Assembly (NCBI GenBank): GCA_965226795.1
Contig: CBDDDZ010000005.1
Coordinates: 1,984,001-2,048,000 of the forward strand
DNA: 64,000 nt
Direction: 5' to 3'
Origin: Candidatus Latescibacterota bacterium
Lineage (GTDB): Bacteria; Latescibacterota; UBA2968; GCA-2709665
The position numbers and the translations under genes are program-made. Shown here piece by piece: positions 29,911 to 41,595 of the stretch. Each line of letters opens with the position of its first letter. Within the stretch, counting starts at the first letter, position 1. The notes below the pieces were generated by a model. It saw only the letters and a list, made by a program, of their open reading frames with translations, ran no database searches and was not told the origin of the DNA.

Positions 29911-29927
29911 TAAGAAGGACGGAAACC

Positions 29928-32900
29928 ATGAACGGACCATTGGCTCCGGGCCGTAACAGCGCCCGGGCGCCCGCCTCCGATTCGCCCTACGTCCCCCTCT
30001 GGTGCAAGAGCAACTATTCCTTTCTGGAAGGAGCCAGCCATCCCGAGGAACTGGTCGAAGCCTGCCGGCAGAATGGCCTTCCCGCCATGGCGCTCACCGA
30101 CCGGAACGGCGTGTACGGGATCGTCAGGGCTCATGTTCAGGCCCGCCAGGCGGGTGTTCACCTGATTGCAGGATCGCAGATCGGCCTCCAGGACGGATCG
30201 GAGATCCTGTTGCTGGTCCAGAACCGGAAGGGCTACGGCAATCTCTGCCGCCTGCTGACCGACGGGCATCTGCGTTCTTCCAAGGGGGCGTGTAAGCTGG
30301 GCCTGGAGGACGTGTGTCGCTGCAATCCCGGTCTGATCGCCCTGTGGATCGGCCGGGCCGGGCCGGAAGCTGCCGCGGAGGGCGGCCCGGAACCCGTGCT
30401 GGAACAGCTCAAAGCGGCATTCGAGGACCGCCTGTACATCCTGTTGGCCAGACACCGTCGGGCGGAGGAGATTCTGCAGGAAATTCGGCTCCGTGAACTG
30501 GCAGACCGGTTCGGCCTTCCCACCGTGGCCGCCGTGGAGGTCCTCTATCACGCTCCTGAACGACGACGCCTGCAGGACGTCCTGACCTGTATCCGGAAAG
30601 GCGTGACCCTGTCCTCGGCGGGCCGGCACATCCAGCCGAACGACCAGTACGCCCTGAGGCGTCCGGACGATCTGGCCCGCCTCTTTATCGACGATCCGGA
30701 ATCGGTCAGGCGAACCCGGGAAATTGCCGACCGCTGTTCCTTCTCGCTCCAGGAACTGCGTTACCGCTATCCGCTGGAACGCGTGCCGGAGGGCAAGACT
30801 TCCATCCAGTACCTGCGCGATCGGACGTTCGAGGGAGCCGCCCGCCGGATGGGCGAAAAGTTCCGGCACCAGATTCCACAATTGGAGAAGGAACTCGAGC
30901 TGATCCAGGAACTGGAGTACGAAGGCTACTTCCTGACCATGTACGAGATCGTCGAGTACTGCCACCGTCAAAAAATCCTCTGCCAGGGCCGGGGGTCGGC
31001 CGCCAACTCAGCGGTCTGCTTCGCCCTGGGGATCACCAGCGTGGATCCGACCCAGGTGGAACTTCTCTTCGAACGCTTTCTGTCCAGGGAGAGGGCCGAG
31101 CCTCCGGATATCGACCTGGATATCGAACATAACCGCAGGGAAGAAGTGATCCAGCATGTGTACAAAAAATATGGGCGCGAACGCGCGGCGATGGTGTCCA
31201 ACGTGGTGCGTTACCGGTACCGATCCGCCATCCGGGAAGTGGGCAAGGCGCTGGAGATTTCAGCAACCAGCCTGGATCGCCTGGCCAAACTGGTGTCCCA
31301 TGAAAGCTGGAGCGATGCCTTCATTGCGCAGGCCGGGCTCGATCCCCGGAACCCGGCCCTTCGCCATCTCGCTTCCCTGGTAGAAGAGATTCAGGATTTT
31401 CCCCGCCACCTCTCCATACATCCCGGCGGCTTTCTGCTGGGCCATCGTCCCGTCCACGAACTGGTGCCCATCGAGAACGCCACGATGGATGGCAGAACGG
31501 TCATTCAATGGGACAAGGAGGACGTGGAGCATGCCGGTCTGTTCAAGGTGGACCTGCTGGGGCTGGGCGCCCTCACCCATCTGCATCTCTGCTTCGATCT
31601 CCTGCGGCGGCACCGCGGGCAGGACCTGTCTCTGGCCACCCTTCCCCGGGGCGACGCCGCGACCTTCGACATGATCTGCCGCAGCGATACCGTGGGGGTG
31701 TTTCAGATCGAAAGCCGGGCGCAGATGGCCATGCTGGGGCGCCTCAGGCCGCGCAGTTATTACGACCTGGTGATCGAGATCAGCATTGTACGCCCCGGAC
31801 CCATCACGGGCGGCATGGTGCATCCCTATCTGCGACGGCGCAACGGAGACGAGGAAGTCGAATATCCCCATCCTTCCCTCGTTCCCGTCCTGAAGAAAAC
31901 CCTGGGCATTCCTCTGTTTCAGGAGCAGGTGATGCAACTGGCCATGGTTGCGGCCGACTACACCCCCGGCGAGGCCGATCAGCTCCGGCGGGATATGGCG
32001 GCGTGGCGACGTTCCGGACGCATCGAGCGGCACCATCGCCGTCTCGTCACCCGCATGGTCAAAAAGGGCATCGAACACGAATTTGCCGAACGCATCTTCA
32101 ATCAGATCCGCGGCTTCGGCGACTACGGCTTTCCCGAGAGCCATGCCGCCAGCTTTGCCCATATCGCCTATGCCACCGCCTATCTCAAATGCCACTATCC
32201 GGCGGCGTTCGTCTGCGCCCTGCTGAATGCCCAGCCGATGGGGTTTTACGAGCCCGCTACCATCGTCAACGACGCCCGGAGGCACGGGATCTCCGTGCGG
32301 CCCGTTTGCCTGCGCGAGAGCCGCTGGGACTGCACCCTCGAGCCGGCCCGATCCCGCGCGTCGCCCGCTCCGTTCGCCGTGCGCATGGGGCTGCGTTACG
32401 TCAGCGGACTGGGCGATGCGGACGGACGCCGGCTCTCGGCCGCCGCGAGAGAGCGCCCTTTTCAGGATCTCGAAGACGTCGCCCGGCGGAGCGGGCTTCG
32501 CCAGGACAAGCTGGAGGCCCTGGCCGAAGCGGGCGCCTTCGAGTGTTTCGGCCTGGACCGACGCGGCGCGCTCTGGCAGATCCACGGTATCGCAACCCCG
32601 AAAGAGCCCGCGCTGCCACTGAACGGCCACGTTTCGCCGCCCCGGTTTCCCCTCCTGAGCGGGTTGGAGACCGTTCTCTGGGACCACCAGGCAACCGACC
32701 ACAGCACGCGGGGACACCTCCTGAAACCGCTGCGTTCCGCGCTGGCCGCCCGGGGACTGCCCACGGCGCACCAGATCAACCGGATGCAGGACGGCCTCCG
32801 GGTTCGCTACGCGGGGATGGTCATCTGCCGCCAGCGCCCGGGAACCGCGAAAGGCGTCACCTTCATGACCCTGGAGGATGAGACGGGGTTTGTGAACCTG

Positions 32901-33077
32901 GTTATCTGGGAAAGGACTTTCAAGCGCTATTCCCTGCCGGCCAAAACACTTTCCTGTATGGGCGTGACCGGAAAACTGCAGGTGGGAGAGGGCGTAACCC
33001 ACCTGGTGGTTGAAAAAATCTGGAAGCCGAAGCTGGATACCGGGGCGGTCCAGGCCAAGAGCCGGGATTTCCATTGA
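29928..33077 (+). CDS. dnaE2: Error-prone DNA polymerase DnaE2
   Basis: [54 protein letters not shown] and terminal SRDFH. Confidence 0.97.
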   Translation: MNGPLAPGRNSARAPASDSPYVPLWCKSNYSFLEGASHPEELVEACRQNGLPAMALTDRNGVYGIVRAHVQARQAGVHLIAGSQIGLQDGSEILLLVQNRKGYGNLCRLLTDGHLRSSKGACKLGLEDVCRCNPGLIALWIGRAGPEAAAEGGPEPVLEQLKAAFEDRLYILLARHRRAEEILQEIRLRELADRFGLPTVAAVEVLYHAPERRRLQDVLTCIRKGVTLSSAGRHIQPNDQYALRRPDDLARLFIDDPESVRRTREIADRCSFSLQELRYRYPLERVPEGKTSIQYLRDRTFEGAARRMGEKFRHQIPQLEKELELIQELEYEGYFLTMYEIVEYCHRQKILCQGRGSAANSAVCFALGITSVDPTQVELLFERFLSRERAEPPDIDLDIEHNRREEVIQHVYKKYGRERAAMVSNVVRYRYRSAIREVGKALEISATSLDRLAKLVSHESWSDAFIAQAGLDPRNPALRHLASLVEEIQDFPRHLSIHPGGFLLGHRPVHELVPIENATMDGRTVIQWDKEDVEHAGLFKVDLLGLGALTHLHLCFDLLRRHRGQDLSLATLPRGDAATFDMICRSDTVGVFQIESRAQMAMLGRLRPRSYYDLVIEISIVRPGPITGGMVHPYLRRRNGDEEVEYPHPSLVPVLKKTLGIPLFQEQVMQLAMVAADYTPGEADQLRRDMAAWRRSGRIERHHRRLVTRMVKKGIEHEFAERIFNQIRGFGDYGFPESHAASFAHIAYATAYLKCHYPAAFVCALLNAQPMGFYEPATIVNDARRHGISVRPVCLRESRWDCTLEPARSRASPAPFAVRMGLRYVSGLGDADGRRLSAAARERPFQDLEDVARRSGLRQDKLEALAEAGAFECFGLDRRGALWQIHGIATPKEPALPLNGHVSPPRFPLLSGLETVLWDHQATDHSTRGHLLKPLRSALAARGLPTAHQINRMQDGLRVRYAGMVICRQRPGTAKGVTFMTLEDETGFVNLVIWERTFKRYSLPAKTLSCMGVTGKLQVGEGVTHLVVEKIWKPKLDTGAVQAKSRDFH

Positions 33078-33223
33078 CACCATTTACCGGAAGGCCGAAA
33101 TTGAACGGTGCATGCAGCGCGCCGAAGACCGCAACCGACCCCGAAGCACATGCGCCTCCCGCCCCGGCTCGCACACCCCGCGGACGTTACCGGGTCGGTA
33201 CCAGAACCAGAGGAGATGATCCT

Positions 33224-33910
33224 ATGTGCGGACGCTTCACCCAGATGATGACCTGGCGCGAACTCCATGAACTTTACACCCTGGCAGAACCCCTGGCCCC
33301 GCCGGACCTGCAACCCCGATACAACGGCGCGCCCACCCAGGACTTCTCGGTATGCCGCCTGGACGAAAACGGCAACAGGATCATCGCCAGGCTCCGCTGG
33401 GGCCTGATTCCCATGTGGGCCAAAGACATCAGAATGGGCGCGCGCATGATCAACGCCCGTTCCGAAACCGTCCACGAGAAACCGGCATTCGGCGCCGCCT
33501 TCCGCTCGCGACGGTGCCTGGTCCCGGCCGACGGCTGGTTCGAGTGGCAACGGGCGGGGCACGGTAAACAGCCCTACTTCCTGGCGCTCGCGGACGGATC
33601 GCCGCTATCGTTCGCCGCACTCTGGGAAAACTGGGACAGAGGCGGCGAATCCCTCCAAAGCTTTACGATCATCACCACCGCCGCCGACGCGCCGCTTGCG
33701 GACGTCCATCACCGGCAGCCGGCCATCATCAATCCCGAACATTTCTCGGTCTGGCTCGACACCACGTCATCGGCGCCGACGCTCCTCGACCTGGTCCGCG
33801 AACCCCGAGCGGGACCGTACGAAATCCGCGCCGTCAGCACCCGCGTAAACAGCGTCCGCAACGACGACCCGGATATCCTCACGCCCATGTCCCAACAGAG
33901 ATTGTTCTGA
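33224..33910 (+). CDS. SOS response-associated peptidase (SRAP)
   Basis: MCGRF N-terminus, RYNGAPTQ, WGLIP, INARSET, RCLVPADGWFEW, HHRQP; AGGAG RBS. Confidence 0.95.
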   Translation: MCGRFTQMMTWRELHELYTLAEPLAPPDLQPRYNGAPTQDFSVCRLDENGNRIIARLRWGLIPMWAKDIRMGARMINARSETVHEKPAFGAAFRSRRCLVPADGWFEWQRAGHGKQPYFLALADGSPLSFAALWENWDRGGESLQSFTIITTAADAPLADVHHRQPAIINPEHFSVWLDTTSSAPTLLDLVREPRAGPYEIRAVSTRVNSVRNDDPDILTPMSQQRLF

Positions 33911-34272
33911 CCGGTACGAGGAATATCACTTACCGCAAGAAAAGCAGGCCAGGCTGCGAATTGGATGTCGGACGAGAAATCCGTTCCTGCGTTGCCGGCT
34001 CCCCTCTTCAATTACGTGCCCTATCGGTACCTTAAATGCAGATACAATACGTAAGATAAAAATTAACAATCATATATAATGAATGACAAATAGAGGTCTA
34101 TGCCGACCTCTATTTTAGTCTTGGGTTGACCCCGGACATAACGGGTTGTATATAAGGAACGATTGGACCGACGATCTATCCGCATATCGGCTCTCACCTC
34201 CCCAACCACAATCTTCCGAATCCTGACTGCTGCCCGTAGCGATTCCTTTCGCGTTCACCATAGGTGTACGGC

Positions 34273-34731
34273 ATGGCGAAAACCTGCATATATGCGGCAA
34301 TAATCGTCTGCATCTATTGGGATACGTGCCCCGCGTACCGGCTCGTCGGGTCGGAAATCCTGTCAGACGCGCTCGTCGCGAATCATTACACCATCAATGC
34401 CAACCTCGACGCCGTCATCGTGGTGGATCGGACGATGCCCACCTTTGAATATCAGACCTTCTATGCCATGGGTCACGCGGATGAACCGGAAGGAGAGCAG
34501 GGAAAACTTCATTTCCTCGAGCACATAATCGCAGGTACGGGAAGCCATCCACCCGGAGAACTCAACCAACTGATTGCCCGCAATGGAGGGCAACATCATG
34601 AGAAATACTTCGTTACAGAGAATATGATCATGCTTTTTTTCGGACCCAAAGACCACATCATCGAAATCCTGAAGAAACACTGGCCTGACGCGGATATTCA
34701 CGTGCAGGCAGTGGAAAGTGCAATCGATTAG
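34273..34731 (+). pseudogene. M16 (insulinase) zinc peptidase with internal deletion
   Basis: Signal peptide and G.ADE...HFLEH...NGG joined directly to a C-terminal-like EKYF..ENM segment; only about 150 aa. Confidence 0.65.
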
Positions 34732-34928
34732 GTTAGCAGCCGGGACAAACGACTCGAAGCGCCCGATTCACACCGCAGGGGTCCAGAGACAGGGTTCTGA
34801 CACAGTTTGAAGCCCATACACATCACCGGAGCAAATGCATTGAACCTTGTCATTCTCGCGTATGAACCCGGGTTGCACGCCGAATGGATCCCTCCAGTGA
34901 CCTCTCGCCGTGTACACCGAACACTTCC

Positions 34929-36311
34929 ATGACCCGCCCTCTTTCGCCCCCCCACCCCGATACGACCCCCTCCGGCGAGGCGCCGGTGCTTCCCCTGGTC
35001 TGGGCCATCGCATGGCCGGTGGTTGTCGCGTCGATGCTCGACGCCATGGAGGGCCTCATCGATATCTCCATGGTGGGGCAACTGGGTCCGGCCGCGATAT
35101 CCGCGGTGGGACTCAGCCGGCAGATCCTGTTCCTGACGATGGTGATGGCGATATCGGTCAGCACCGGATCGCGCACCCTGGTCGCGCAGCTGTACGGAGC
35201 CGGGCGCCGTGACGATCTCAGCAATACAGCGCAACACGCCATCGTGATGGGTATCCTGCTGTCCGCGGTCCTGGCCCTCGTGGGGAGCGCGGTCGCCCGG
35301 CCGGCGTTGGTCGTGATGGGCGCGCAGGACGACGTGCTCGCCCACGCCGTGCCGTTCCTCCGCATGTACTTTGTCGGCATCGTCTTCATGATGCCCAATT
35401 TCATCATCGGCGGAATCTTCGGCGGCGCCGGGGATACCCGGACGCCGTTGAAGATTTCGTGTCTCATCATCTGTCTGAAAATCCCGCTCACCTACGGCCT
35501 GATTTTCGGGGCATGGGGTCTGCCCCAGCTGGGGGTGACCGGAGCAGCCCTCGGCAGTATCGTCTCGCGGGCCATAGGCTGCATCGTCGGGGTCTCACTG
35601 CTTACGTCCGGCCGTTCGCGGGTGCATATGCGGTGGAATTGGCGCCTTCCCATCAACCGGGACATTATCGGGCGAATGATGCGGATTGGGGTTCCCGCTG
35701 GCATTCAGGGTTTTTTCCGAAACGGCGCCCGTGTTTTGATCTATCGTGTGGTGGGGTGGACGAGCCGGCCCACCGCCGCAACGGCCGCGCTGACCATCGG
35801 TTTGCAGATGCGAATGATCGGCATCATGCCGGCCCTGGCGTTTTCCATATCGGCAACCGCTCTGGTTGGACAACGATTGGGCGCGAGGCAGATACGCGAG
35901 GCCGAGCGCGTCGCCGAAAATATAATCCGGCTCGGCATGACGTTCATCACCGTGAGCGCAATTGTCATCTGCATCTTCGCCCGGGAAATTGTCGACCTGT
36001 TCACGGATTCCGCGGCAGTCATCGAGATAGGATACGTTATGCTCCTGTATTTTACGGTCGCCCAGGTCTTTTCAGCGTTGTCCATCGTCGCCGGGGGCGT
36101 CCTGGCCGGCGGCGGCGAGACAAGGCCTCTCCTCTACTATACGATTGTGGCGCAGTGGCTGCTCATGCTGCCCCTCTCCTACGTCCTGGCGTTTCTGTTG
36201 GATATGGATGTCGCGGGTATCTGGATCGCCTGGTTTATTGGCGGCGTCGCACAGGGCATTCTGGCCTGGGCTCGCTATCGGAAGGGCGCGTGGAAACAGA
36301 CGTTGATATGA
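34929..36311 (+). CDS. MATE-family efflux transporter
   Basis: D..MVGQLG..AISAVG, GAGDTRTP, LGVTGAA, LVGQRLGA; about 12 TM. Confidence 0.93.
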   Translation: MTRPLSPPHPDTTPSGEAPVLPLVWAIAWPVVVASMLDAMEGLIDISMVGQLGPAAISAVGLSRQILFLTMVMAISVSTGSRTLVAQLYGAGRRDDLSNTAQHAIVMGILLSAVLALVGSAVARPALVVMGAQDDVLAHAVPFLRMYFVGIVFMMPNFIIGGIFGGAGDTRTPLKISCLIICLKIPLTYGLIFGAWGLPQLGVTGAALGSIVSRAIGCIVGVSLLTSGRSRVHMRWNWRLPINRDIIGRMMRIGVPAGIQGFFRNGARVLIYRVVGWTSRPTAATAALTIGLQMRMIGIMPALAFSISATALVGQRLGARQIREAERVAENIIRLGMTFITVSAIVICIFAREIVDLFTDSAAVIEIGYVMLLYFTVAQVFSALSIVAGGVLAGGGETRPLLYYTIVAQWLLMLPLSYVLAFLLDMDVAGIWIAWFIGGVAQGILAWARYRKGAWKQTLI

Positions 36312-36368
36312 TGGCCTGTCCGGGAAATAGATCGCCGAAATTCGGATGACGCGTCGAGCAGCTGGCAT

Positions 36369-36498
36369 CCTTCGACAGGCTCAGGAACCGGCGCCTGAGC
36401 CATGAGCCGCTCCCTGAGCTTGTCGAAGGGTCGGCGAAGGGCGTTGAAGAGCACCCAACAGGTTACGAAACGCGGGCATTTCGACAAGCTCAATGACC
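36369..36498. repeat. REP-like TTCGACAAGCTCA palindromic repeats (3 units)
   Basis: CCTTCGACAGGCTCAGG (36369), inverted CCCTGAGCTTGTCGAAGGG (36412), TTCGACAAGCTCA (36480). Confidence 0.8.
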
Positions 36499-36776
36499 AC
36501 GTTTCGAATAGCCGTTTCCACAGCCTCACCACAGTCAGCGAAGGGAACGTAACGAGGCGGGATGAATCGGCGGCTGCATGGTGACATATTTCCGGGACGG
36601 GATACTCGTGCAGACGATGCGGCGTGGCGAAGACGAGGTATCGGGCGAGGATTCTGGGGATTCGGTTTGATGCAGATGAGCAGACAAGAATGTCCGCTCC
36701 ACCCTTTCGATATCTTGTTCGAGGGATCGCTCGAGCGTATCAACCATTTGAGAGAAAGGCGACTTAGGGCCTCGAT

Positions 36777-37327
36777 CTATGAAAATCCGTCGCCCCGAAG
36801 ATCCTTCAGCTTCGTCCCCATCTCTTCGATGCCAAGCGTGTTGTCCACCTGCCGGTACAACTGGTGTGCCTCTTCGAAAACCCGCCCTGCCTCCTCTTTT
36901 TTTCCAACACGCTCCAGAAGCATGCCGAAGCCCCGGAGTGCATTTCCAGCGAGTGCATCGGCGTTGGGTCGAGATCTCGGTACATCTGTATTGCCGACCG
37001 GTAATCACGCGCCGCGCCTTGCCAATCCGGAAGATCCCGGCAAACGTCCGCGACGTGACGAAGCGAGTGGGCCATCTTTTCGGTATGGTTCGCGGCCACG
37101 TAATGGTTGTAACCTTCCCGGTACAGTTGAAGAGCGCGTTCGGTGTTCCCCTGATCCCTCTCGAACTGCCCGTAGACGTGGGCGACCCTTCCCAGGGATT
37201 CGTGGCCGTCCTCGCCGCACAGTTTCGCCGCCTCGTCCGCGAGCCGCTTGCCCCGTTCGTAGTCCGCAACCCCCCTGGTCTTCCAGGCCTCGTCCAGAAG
37301 CTGAGCGATCCTCTGTTCTCTTGACAT
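36777..37327 (-). pseudogene. TPR-like protein, frameshifted
   Basis: TPR helices to YRDLDP, continuing in another frame as NALRGFGMLLERVGKKEEAGRVFEEAHQLY...GFS*; shift near 36950-36965. Confidence 0.7.
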
Positions 37328-37417
37328 TTCGTTCCTTTCTTCCTGTCGAGTGGCAACCGTAAGCGATTGTGCGGCGCCAAATTGGATGACTTCGGCCACG
37401 TTCTGCAGCTGGGGTTT

Positions 37418-38173
37418 CTAACGTTTCCTGGGCGTGTAGAACAGCAGGGTACCGATCCGCTCGTATCCGATTGAGGTATACAACAATGCACCCGTGTGGG
37501 TTGCGGTTAAGACAGCCCGGCGTGAACCATGCGTCCGGTCATCGCGGAGCATTCTGCACATCAACGCCCTTCCGACTCCTCGACGCCGGGCAGAGCGTAC
37601 CACGTGCATGTTCGAACACCACGTCGCCGAGTCCACCTCGATGCTTTGAACCCATCCCACGGGCTCACCGTTCTCGAGCGCAACATATTGCCTGAGCGGT
37701 GAGCCCGAGGAAAGATGTTCCGGCAGAATCTGTCTGACTCGCGTTGTCTTGTTCAATCTGTCCGCCATTTCGGCGGCGACGACACGTTCGATGGGCAGTG
37801 GATCCACCACACGAGGTATGCGCCGCAATCGGTGCACCATGACGGCTTCTGTTGTATTCAGGCGATAGTCGAGCCCTCTAAAGTCCGCTCGCATTCCGAT
37901 ATCGGACTCCCCGGTCGCGCAGATCGCGCAAATGCCGAACTGTCCGCGGGTGTTCATTCTGGCCACGCGGTCGATCTCGTCGGCATCGACGCCGTGAGCG
38001 ATCCACTCCTCCCGGCGGTACGCGCCGCGTTTTCTGGGCGCGTCCCGGACCACCCAGATTGAACCCTCCCGACTTGCCAGGTAAGGATGCGTGAAACTCC
38101 TGGTAAAACAATAACCGCGGGCGAAGACCTCCAGCGCCTTTTGCATGAGCACGTTATGGGGCACGGGTTTCAT
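37418..38173 (-). CDS. GNAT acetyltransferase
   Basis: NMHVVRSARRRGVGRALM...GALLYTSIGY. Confidence 0.88.
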   Translation of the reverse strand: MKPVPHNVLMQKALEVFARGYCFTRSFTHPYLASREGSIWVVRDAPRKRGAYRREEWIAHGVDADEIDRVARMNTRGQFGICAICATGESDIGMRADFRGLDYRLNTTEAVMVHRLRRIPRVVDPLPIERVVAAEMADRLNKTTRVRQILPEHLSSGSPLRQYVALENGEPVGWVQSIEVDSATWCSNMHVVRSARRRGVGRALMCRMLRDDRTHGSRRAVLTATHTGALLYTSIGYERIGTLLFYTPRKR

Positions 38174-38396
38174 TCTCCCTTAATTCTCAATGACCTTGAA
38201 AGAGACAACGGTCCGGGTACGTGAAATCTGAACTGGACAGAGGACCGGACGCCTCGTAGTTTTCATTCACGGGGATCACGCCTACGGCCCTATCTCAAGG
38301 CTCCCGGCGATTTCGAGATCCAACACTATCAATCACACGATGCGAAGTAGGACGTCCACCCCATCTCCGGAAACGGATCCACGAAGCCAGCAACCA

Positions 38397-38873
38397 ATGT
38401 TCATTCAGATCCGCGCGGGCGATCGCCTCGGTGTCGTCTCCGACTCCCACGGACTCATCAGGCCGCAGGTACTGGAACTGCTGCAGGGCGTCCGCCTGAT
38501 TATCCATGCCGGCGACGTGGGGAAAATTTCGGTACTTGAGCAATTGGTACAGATCGCGCCGGTATACGCCGTCCGCGGAAACGTCGACCTGGATCCTCCC
38601 TGCGGCGACCTGCCCGAAAAACTCGTGATGCGCGCCGGAAGGCAGCGGATTCTCGTGACACACATCCTTGCCGACGCGGATGTCGCGGGTTTCGATCTTG
38701 CGGTGTGCGGCCATTCCCACATGCCGAAAATAAGCACCCTGGGATCGGCTTGCTGCCTGAATCCCGGCAGCATCGGGCCCCGCCGTTTTCGGCTTCCCGT
38801 CTCCATGGGGTTCATCACCATATCCCCGCAGGGCGCGCTTATTCCTGAACTGCGAACCGTAGAGATAGAATAG
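38397..38873 (+). CDS. YfcE-family metallophosphoesterase
   Basis: SDSHG, HAGD, VRGNVD, GHSH, NPGS. Confidence 0.93.
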   Translation: MFIQIRAGDRLGVVSDSHGLIRPQVLELLQGVRLIIHAGDVGKISVLEQLVQIAPVYAVRGNVDLDPPCGDLPEKLVMRAGRQRILVTHILADADVAGFDLAVCGHSHMPKISTLGSACCLNPGSIGPRRFRLPVSMGFITISPQGALIPELRTVEIE

Positions 38874-38990
38874 CCGTGCGCCTGAAGATCTGACGATACG
38901 AGATTCGGTGCCGATCCTCAAGTAGTTCCGGACATCCAGGATCCGGCCTCATACTCCCATGCATCCATCAGACAATCGAGGATTCCCGAA

Positions 38991-40556
38991 ATGAAAAGCA
39001 GTGCCGCCAGACCGGATCGCGCCCACGCCGACTGGGTCATTTCACGGATGGTCAAGCCTTCCGAGTTGGAGGATTCCGGGTATGTCGCAAGGACAAAGGG
39101 CAGTGGGCCGGAGGTCTGGGCGATGTTCTGTACAACGATACGGGGCGACCTGGAAGCGATTCGGAAGCTCGTGAAGAGGAATCCGGACCTCGTTCGTTGT
39201 GTACATTACTATACCCAACCCCTGAAATTCGCGGTTCGAGAGGGTCACGGGGACGTGGTGCGTTACGTTCTGGAAAGGGGCGCGAGTCCGTTCTATCGGA
39301 CCCGGCACTTTCACGATTCACTGGTCAATCTGGCGGCTGACAGGGAACATGAGGATATCGTGAATATCCTGGAAGAGGCCATCGGCGAACGGAGCGGTGG
39401 CTACACCCGGGAAACGGAACCCCTCGCGAACGAACTCATTGAAGCCGTTCACGCGCTCGATTACGAGAAAACCACAAACATCGTCCGGTCGTCCCCTGAG
39501 CGCGTCAGACTTTGCAACGCGAACGGGACCACGGCCCTTCACGAGGCGGTTGCGGCCGGCGACTTCTACTCGACGCGCCTGCTCCTTGACAGCGGCGCCG
39601 ATATTCAGGCCCAGGCCGGCACGGGCTTCAGCGCCGGTCAGAAGCCGATCCACGTCGCCATCTATGCCGGGTGGCGGGACAGGATTCTCGAGCAGAAGAA
39701 AACGGCGCTGGCGGGCTACCTGGTCGCCAGGGGCGCGGAATACATCATCCTGGTGGCCTCCGCGTTCGGCGACACCCGGCGCGTCCGGGAATTTCTTGAC
39801 GCGGATGCCGACCTGGCCAGTTTCCGCGACACATGCGACAGAGTGCCGATATCCATCGCATCCCGCCGGGGCCATCGCGAAATCGTGACGCTGCTGCTCG
39901 AACGCGGCGCCGACCCCAACGGCAACGTGGACTCGACCGGCACGGCATTCCACCACGCCAGAAAGTACCCGGAACTGTATGAATTGATGAAATTCCACGG
40001 CGGCAGGGCGGATATCATTCCGCCGATCAGCGCCGCGATCAACGCCAACGACCTTAAGGGTGTCGAAGAATTACTGAAACGAAACCCGAAGGAGATCGAG
40101 AACGCGAATCTCGGCAATCCCGCGCGCCGCGGCAGGATGGCGTTGGTTGAGCTTCTTGTGAAATACGGCGCCGCCGTCGCCAATGAGAACCACGGTACGT
40201 TCTACCGTGTATATGAGACGGCGAAGTACTTTTTGCAAAACGGGGCGGATCCGAATTACAGAAACTGGCTGGGAATCTCCTCTCTCCATCTGATCGCGCA
40301 TGAGGGCGACGTGGACAGGGCAGGACTTCTACTGGACTTCGGAGCGGAAATAAACGCATTGGAACCCGAGTACTGCGCCACGCCCCTGGGGCTTGCGAGC
40401 AGGGCGGGTCACAGGACGATGGTTGAGTTCCTCCTGTCGATGGGAGCGGATCCGAACCTGCCGAAGGAAAAGCCCTGGGCAACGCCCCTTGCCTGGGCGG
40501 TAAAGAAAGGGCACGTCCAAATCGCGCGGATGCTGAGAGAACACGGCGCCACGTAG
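38991..40556 (+). CDS. Ankyrin repeat protein
   Basis: GTTALHEAV, GHREIVTLLLERGADPN, TPLGLASRAGH, WATPLAWA. Confidence 0.93.
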   Translation: MKSSAARPDRAHADWVISRMVKPSELEDSGYVARTKGSGPEVWAMFCTTIRGDLEAIRKLVKRNPDLVRCVHYYTQPLKFAVREGHGDVVRYVLERGASPFYRTRHFHDSLVNLAADREHEDIVNILEEAIGERSGGYTRETEPLANELIEAVHALDYEKTTNIVRSSPERVRLCNANGTTALHEAVAAGDFYSTRLLLDSGADIQAQAGTGFSAGQKPIHVAIYAGWRDRILEQKKTALAGYLVARGAEYIILVASAFGDTRRVREFLDADADLASFRDTCDRVPISIASRRGHREIVTLLLERGADPNGNVDSTGTAFHHARKYPELYELMKFHGGRADIIPPISAAINANDLKGVEELLKRNPKEIENANLGNPARRGRMALVELLVKYGAAVANENHGTFYRVYETAKYFLQNGADPNYRNWLGISSLHLIAHEGDVDRAGLLLDFGAEINALEPEYCATPLGLASRAGHRTMVEFLLSMGADPNLPKEKPWATPLAWAVKKGHVQIARMLREHGAT

Positions 40557-40645
40557 AGAGGCGTGCGATTATGCGACTGTTCGTCACCGCCTATGGTGGG
40601 TGCCGAACGGCCGCATTGCTGCAAAGGCGTTCGTCTATCGGACGG

Positions 40646-41410
40646 TCATGGAATCGTCTCCGCCCTGGACCCGCCGCTCCTGGCCTCTGCGTCGCCTGGC
40701 GACAACCCACGAGATTGCCGCCGGTCCTTAATGAAGAACGGAAAATAGACGATGAAGAACATCGCCAATCCAAGTAGGTCGAGGAAAACAAGGTACCACG
40801 GCCACGGCGCGAAAAAGAACGGCGACACCGTTCCCCAGGGCGGCGCGCAGAGATACATGTAGTTGGATCCGCCGAGGAAATTGATCACCGAGACAAACGC
40901 CGCCAGCACGTGCAACAAGACAAATGCCCGGAAGAGTCCGCCGAGCGTGGGCCGCATCTTTAGACACCACGTGGCGTACAGAACCCCCGCCACGATGCCG
41001 GAGTGCGAAACGAAATACTGGAAAAATCGATACTGCGGAAAATCAACTTCCAGACCGCCGGGGGTTATCACGGCGTTTGACGCCCCCACCAGGCCCCAGA
41101 AGTAGGCGATTTCGTACACCTTCTGATTGCGGAGCAGCAGGGTGAGGGAAGTCGCGAAGATCGCGATGCCGCATACGTGGAGCGGCAGGAAGGTCCGAAA
41201 AAAACGAACGGGGCCGAACCCGGCGATTCGGACACCCCAGTGGATCAATTCGTTGCCAAGCAGGACGCCAGCCAGCACAACGCCCACGACGGCGGCCGTC
41301 CGGGACCGCGGCCCTTTCACGAACAGCGTGAGCAGGATCGGCAGGGCCAGCGTCAAAGCCATCGCGACCAGATGTGGCGGCCCAAACGTCTGAAATCCGG
41401 CGGTTGACAT
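40646..41410 (-). CDS. TIGR02206/YwaF-like integral membrane protein
   Basis: FG..H, LPLHVC, YFWG, F.SH, SNYMYL..PP, PWPWY. Confidence 0.88.
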   Translation of the reverse strand: MSTAGFQTFGPPHLVAMALTLALPILLTLFVKGPRSRTAAVVGVVLAGVLLGNELIHWGVRIAGFGPVRFFRTFLPLHVCGIAIFATSLTLLLRNQKVYEIAYFWGLVGASNAVITPGGLEVDFPQYRFFQYFVSHSGIVAGVLYATWCLKMRPTLGGLFRAFVLLHVLAAFVSVINFLGGSNYMYLCAPPWGTVSPFFFAPWPWYLVFLDLLGLAMFFIVYFPFFIKDRRQSRGLSPGDAEARSGGSRAETIP

Positions 41411-41595
41411 GGGGCTACGTCACTGGCCAGAGATAGTCTGGCGACGTGACAACCTGGACAGGAATCCGCGCCGACAGCGTGAACCGGCGCAGACGAGAGA
41501 TCCGGAGTGGGGTTTAACGGGATTCGTGGTTACCAGGGGGCGGGATAATCCCCTCGAGTCGTTCAATCGCTAACGCGTGCGGCCGAATCCTCGGG

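Noticed and set aside
29448..29927. 160-aa N-terminal extension of DnaE2 in the ORF track
   Set aside because: It overlaps imuB and crosses a MITE end; ATG 29928 has an RBS and directly precedes the PHP domain.
28052..33083. Long antisense or alternate-frame ORFs (e.g. 28052-29929, 31260-33083; also 306-1655, 18682-19995, 47790-49214)
   Set aside because: These are shadow ORFs expected at high GC; they overlap well-supported genes and lack motifs.
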